Assembly (NCBI GenBank): GCA_963674595.2 | Contig: CAXXFV010000029.1 | Location: 96,001 to 160,000, forward strand | Reading direction: 5' to 3' | Length of the DNA: 64,000 nucleotides | DNA from: a bacterium | GTDB taxonomy: Bacteria; Zhuqueibacterota; Zhuqueibacteria; Residuimicrobiales; Krinioviventaceae | In this document: positions 59,800 to 64,000 of the stretch, piece by piece | Numbering within the stretch: position 1 is the stretch's first letter | Layout of the letters: each line of letters begins with the position of its first letter | The notes under the pieces: generated by a model | Seen by the model: the letters and a program-made list of their open reading frames with translations, nothing else | The model's database searches: none | What the model was told of the DNA's origin: nothing | Translations under genes and position numbers: made by a program

Positions 59800-62010
59800 T
59801 TATTCAGACTCTTCCTGCGCTCTTTTTCGTAGATATTCGAGTTTTGATTTGTACCATTCGTTTTCGGGATGTTTTTTCAACAACAACTCAAAAACATTGA
59901 TGGCTTTTTCATATTGCCCCTGAGCAGCATATATTTCTCCCAATGTGGGCGTAACAAACTTTTCCTTTGGGCGTTCGGCTGACAATTCATCGTCGTCAAG
60001 ACCTTCGTCAAAAACAAGGTTCTCATCGTCGTCGGAATCAACCATATCATCAACGACCAGCCGGGAAGTATCCTCTTCCGTTTCCTCAAAATCTTCCATG
60101 GTTGCCTGAACTTCATCCTCGCCATCAACACTTCCCTGGATAAAATCATCAGTAAACGACGTCAGGTTGTTTTCTTGTTCCTGGTCCGGCTCATCCGAAA
60201 CAACATTCGGCTTTTTTTCCGTAATACGTTCGGGTTTGGGGCCTGCTGCGGGTTTCGATTGTGATCCGCCGATCAGTTGTCCCTGGTCTGCATCGGATTC
60301 GGGTTCCGGTTCTTCTTCATCAGTAACCGTTTCAGGTCCCGGGCCTTGTTCATCAACAGCCGGCTCATCGTCCTCATCGCCGTACATTTTGCTCAAAAAG
60401 TCGCTAAATTCTTCTTCTTCCATCTCTTCCGTATCAACAATATCCTCATCACTGCCGGCATTGGAAAGAGCGGCATCAATTTGCTGTTGTTCCATATCTT
60501 CAAGATCGCTTGTAAGCTTTTCAACATCTTCTTCATAGGTCACAAGCTCATCCGGCAGTTCAGCATCATCGTCATCTGCTGTTTCTTCATCCTGAAACTG
60601 GGGTAACGATTCCGCCATACCGCCTTTTGTAATAATTTCCTGTTCCGGCACCGACGAATCTTTTTCTTCAGCATCAACCTCATCCGGGCTCATAAACGCC
60701 TCGGAATCGTCATCCATATCCATATCTTCATCAATTTCCGTTTCAACTTCTTCCTCGTCTGTCGAAGCATCCTGTTTGCTGACAACACGTTCAATTGTGT
60801 CCAGCGTTTGTTTTTCACGTTCCTCTTCTTCCACTAATTTTGGACTGAATATCTCGTCCAGAATTTGTGAAAAACGGGCTTCTTCTTTTTCAAATTCTTG
60901 CGGGGCAAAATCGGCCGGTTGTTCTTCGCTTTCCTCTTCCGCCAATAGCTCCTCGTCATCAACATCGGTCATGCTAAAGGAAGTCTCTTCTGTTTCGTCC
61001 AACTCTGGTTCCTCATGAGTATCAAAGCTGGTTTCCAGTTCCGTATCCGCCGTTTCATCTTCGGTTTCGTCTTCAAAAAAGAAACTTTCAGGATCAACAG
61101 CCATGTCATCACTTTCTTCATCCTCATGAATCATCTCAGAGGGTTCAAAACTCGTACTTTCGTCTTCCTGTTCGTCTTCTTTTGTATCGTGACGGAAAAA
61201 GGGAGAAGTTTCCTCTTCCGTGCTGGCTACTTCTAAATCACTGTCCTCATCTTCCGACCCTTCGAACAGGGTTTCCGCAGCAGGTTCTTCATCTGTTGTC
61301 GGCTCTTCATCAAATCCTGTAAACGCCGTAAGTCCATCGTCGTCGTCAGCAGTTGCAGGTTCGGTTTCAGTTTCAGTGTCAGTGTCGGCAAAAAGATCAC
61401 TTGTTTCGTCACCAAAAGGTTCGGTTTTTACGTCATCAGGCTGATCCATATCGCCAAAAATATCAGAATAATCATCGTCTTCTGATGTATTATCGAGAAA
61501 CGAATCTGTATCGGTATCGTCTTCAAACAAACCGTCGGCGACAGGTTCTTTTGTTTCCGGTTGTTCTTTTTGAATATCTTTGGCAACAATACTGGGTTCT
61601 TCTTCATTGCCAAATGAATCCAGTAACGTGCGTGTTGTATTGTCTAACGGGTCTATTTCCAATATTTTTTTGTAACTCAACTCAACGGAACGGGTCCACC
61701 CGATTTCCTTCATTAATTCGCTGTATAATTTATGTGCCCTTAAAAATTTCGGATCATAATAAAACACTTTTTTCAACTGTTTTTCTGCTTCATCAAACTC
61801 TTTTTTGCCAAAAAGGCTTTTGGCTAATATGAAATAACCGGTTGCATAATCAGGGTGATTTTCCAAACCTTGTTGACAAATTTCAATGGCTTTGTCATAA
61901 TCATTTGATATTAGAAATTGTTCAGCAAGTCTGGCAAAAACGATGGATTTGGGATTATTATCAATTTGTTTTTGCAGCCAGTTCATTTCTTTATTTAAAG
62001 AATTTTCCAT
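59800..62010 (-). CDS. TPR protein with very long acidic low-complexity linker
   Basis: N-terminal TPRs, ~550 aa rich in D/E, C-terminal TPTLGEIYAAQGQYEKAI TPR. Confidence 0.85.
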   Translation of the reverse strand: MENSLNKEMNWLQKQIDNNPKSIVFARLAEQFLISNDYDKAIEICQQGLENHPDYATGYFILAKSLFGKKEFDEAEKQLKKVFYYDPKFLRAHKLYSELMKEIGWTRSVELSYKKILEIDPLDNTTRTLLDSFGNEEEPSIVAKDIQKEQPETKEPVADGLFEDDTDTDSFLDNTSEDDDYSDIFGDMDQPDDVKTEPFGDETSDLFADTDTETETEPATADDDDGLTAFTGFDEEPTTDEEPAAETLFEGSEDEDSDLEVASTEEETSPFFRHDTKEDEQEDESTSFEPSEMIHEDEESDDMAVDPESFFFEDETEDETADTELETSFDTHEEPELDETEETSFSMTDVDDEELLAEEESEEQPADFAPQEFEKEEARFSQILDEIFSPKLVEEEEREKQTLDTIERVVSKQDASTDEEEVETEIDEDMDMDDDSEAFMSPDEVDAEEKDSSVPEQEIITKGGMAESLPQFQDEETADDDDAELPDELVTYEEDVEKLTSDLEDMEQQQIDAALSNAGSDEDIVDTEEMEEEEFSDFLSKMYGDEDDEPAVDEQGPGPETVTDEEEPEPESDADQGQLIGGSQSKPAAGPKPERITEKKPNVVSDEPDQEQENNLTSFTDDFIQGSVDGEDEVQATMEDFEETEEDTSRLVVDDMVDSDDDENLVFDEGLDDDELSAERPKEKFVTPTLGEIYAAQGQYEKAINVFELLLKKHPENEWYKSKLEYLRKRAQEESE

Positions 62011-62194
62011 TTGGCCCTCATAATTATGGAAAAGTACGGATTTATCAATTTAACTTTTATATTTTTTATACTTTACGTAAATTATATATAGATGCAATTT
62101 AAAAGTTCTGCAGATACTAATATATTAATATACAAAAAAAAAACCTTGAATTCCAACCAATTATAGCTAAAATTCAAAAATAACAAAACGTTAT

Positions 62195-62695
62195 CTACCA
62201 ACCGGATACGGTTTTGTTTAAAACGTCCTGACTTAATTTTTCTATGGCTTCCGCCAGTGCATCCTCACGTGCAGACGGACCACCCGAAGGATCATAAGCG
62301 CCCCATTGGGTCAGCCGCTCTTCCCACATCACCTGGTGCTTTACCTGGTCCATACATTTAATGCTGACTGTGATGTATATTTTAATATCCTGGACCGTTT
62401 CGCTGGAGGTCACGGCCCCGCTTCTGTCATCAATGCGGGTTATGGCGCCGTTAATAAGAACATTTGCACTGCCTATATCAGCAATTTTCAAAGAGTTGTC
62501 TTTGGTAAATTCGTCTATAAAAGCATCGGTCATTTGTTCGGCAACGCCAAATTCTGCGGTGCGGTTATCAATTAAAGGAATGGCAACCGTTTTCAGGTGC
62601 GGGTCCAGTGAACCTTTAAAAGAATAAAATCCACAGGACAGTTGCAGTAATAAAGCAGTTAAAAGTGTAATTTTTAAAATTAATTTATTCATCAT
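62195..62695 (-). CDS. lptE: LptE-family lipoprotein
   Basis: LSCGFYSF lipobox, KTVAIP, terminal W; sits after the sigma54 activator as in FCB genomes. Confidence 0.8.
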   Translation of the reverse strand: MMNKLILKITLLTALLLQLSCGFYSFKGSLDPHLKTVAIPLIDNRTAEFGVAEQMTDAFIDEFTKDNSLKIADIGSANVLINGAITRIDDRSGAVTSSETVQDIKIYITVSIKCMDQVKHQVMWEERLTQWGAYDPSGGPSAREDALAEAIEKLSQDVLNKTVSGW

Positions 62696-63866
62696 CGTTT
62701 AATCCAAATCGGTTTATTTTACGATACAGGGTCCGTTCGCTCATGCCCAAAAGACCGGCGGCTTTTCTTTTGTTTCCACCGGTTTTGCTTAACGCATTCA
62801 AAATCATTTCTTTTTCCATATCGGAAACCGACATATCAGACTTTTTATTGTTTACGTTCTCACCAGATTGATCAACATATTCATAGGCAAGATCTTCACG
62901 CCAGGGCCCCAAATGCAGTTTGGGCTGCATGCCGCAGGACAACATCAGCTCCCGCAACTGGGCGATTTCGCTTTTAATCTCCAGCAAGGCCCTTAGCAAA
63001 AATTCACGCTCCAGTTCATCTTTGGGCTTGTTGAGATGGACAGGCAAACTTTTGTCAAAACGATCAAAAGGTTTGATATATTTATCCAAAACAAATTCAT
63101 CAATTTTCCGGCCACGTTCTAAAACAATTACTTTTTCTACTAAATTTCTTAATTCCCGAATATTGCCGGGCCAGGAATATTCCTGCATTTTATGCAAACC
63201 CGATTCAGTAAATCCTTCAAATTCGATCAGGTTGTTACGAACAAAATCGTTTGAAAATTTGTTCACAAGAATGGGAATATCAGCTATCCGCTCTCTCAAG
63301 GGCGGCACGGTTATGTTCATCACATTTAACCGATAAAACAAATCCTGGCGAAAATTGCCTTTTTCAACCTCTTGTTCCAGGTTTTTATTTGTTGCGGCAA
63401 TCAGGCGAATGTTAACCTGGTGAACGGTCGTTCCCCCGACACGTATAAATTCCCGTTCTTCCAGCACACGCAGCAGTTTAACCTGTATGGAAAGAGGCAG
63501 TTCACCGATTTCATCCAGAAAAATGCTGCCGTTGTTGGCGAGTTCAAAATATCCTTTTCTCGCCCCAACAGCGCCGGTAAAGGACCCTTTTTCATGTCCA
63601 AACAGTTCCGATTCCAAAATACCTTCCGGAATGGCCCCGCAGTTAACGGTAATAATCGGTTCATTGCTGCGGCGGCTAAGCTGATGGATCGCTTTTCCAA
63701 CCAGTTCTTTACCGGTTCCGCTTTCTCCGGTTACCAGTACGGAAATATCCGTAGAGGCAACCTGATCAATTGTTTCAATAAGCTGACGTACTTTGTCAGA
63801 CTCACCTAAAATGCCTGTTTCCTGTTGAATTTGACGAAATTGAGATTCTCGTTCAAAATCATCCAT
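62685..63866 (-). CDS. Sigma54-dependent Fis-family activator lacking an N-terminal sensor domain
   Basis: [48 protein letters not shown]-terminal HTH. Confidence 0.93.
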   Translation of the reverse strand: MDDFERESQFRQIQQETGILGESDKVRQLIETIDQVASTDISVLVTGESGTGKELVGKAIHQLSRRSNEPIITVNCGAIPEGILESELFGHEKGSFTGAVGARKGYFELANNGSIFLDEIGELPLSIQVKLLRVLEEREFIRVGGTTVHQVNIRLIAATNKNLEQEVEKGNFRQDLFYRLNVMNITVPPLRERIADIPILVNKFSNDFVRNNLIEFEGFTESGLHKMQEYSWPGNIRELRNLVEKVIVLERGRKIDEFVLDKYIKPFDRFDKSLPVHLNKPKDELEREFLLRALLEIKSEIAQLRELMLSCGMQPKLHLGPWREDLAYEYVDQSGENVNNKKSDMSVSDMEKEMILNALSKTGGNKRKAAGLLGMSERTLYRKINRFGLNDDE

Positions 63867-63908
63867 AGCAGTACCTCAAATAGAAAAATATATTTTCATT
63901 TGCCGATA

Positions 63909-64000
63909 TCATTCACTCGTTCTAAAATAGTCAACTGTTTCTTTTAAACCGGTTTCAAGGTCGTATTCGGGTTCCCAGCCGATTATTTTTTTGGCTTTGG
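63909..64000 (-). CDS. NAD-dependent epimerase/dehydratase, 3' end only
   Basis: Hand translation KAKKIIGWEPEYDLETGLKETVDYFRTSE*, typical of extended-SDR C-termini. Confidence 0.7.
   Translation of the reverse strand, partial: KAKKIIGWEPEYDLETGLKETVDYFRTSE

Overview
Bacterial chromosomal window. Lineage is inferred as non-Bacteroidota FCB group (KSB1/Calditrichota-like), from four secreted proteins with (N)PNP(F/Y) FlgD-Ig/T9SS-like C-termini, a PorV/PorQ gene, the sigma54-activator/lptE/TPR cluster, canonical sigma70 promoters and GGAGG RBSs. The window has two very different halves. About 1-28.6 kb is accessory: isolated, often AT-rich genes (serine hydrolase, LVIVD protein, GH78, two Gfo/Idh/MocA, DUF4268 nuclease-like, HTH+Lys-rich protein, xylB, sulfatase, propeller/TolB/TPR proteins, GyrI-like, GIY-YIG) separated by spacers built from about 8 shuffled palindromic repeat modules. 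It also holds an orphan CRISPR mini-array with no cas genes, a ~430 bp direct repeat around one gene, possible decayed attC sites, and three copies of an unidentified promoter + hairpin element (candidate ncRNA/leader). About 28.6-64 kb is compact housekeeping DNA, mostly on the minus strand (corA, mtnA, waaA, panBC, tRNA-Thr, yraN, rnhB, comEC, coaE, lptE). It contains a three-gene block: membrane Ser/Thr pseudokinase-PEGA, a 3310-aa repetitive malectin/FG-GAP surface protein and a PEGA protein. All calls come from reading the sequence by eye; no database searches were run.
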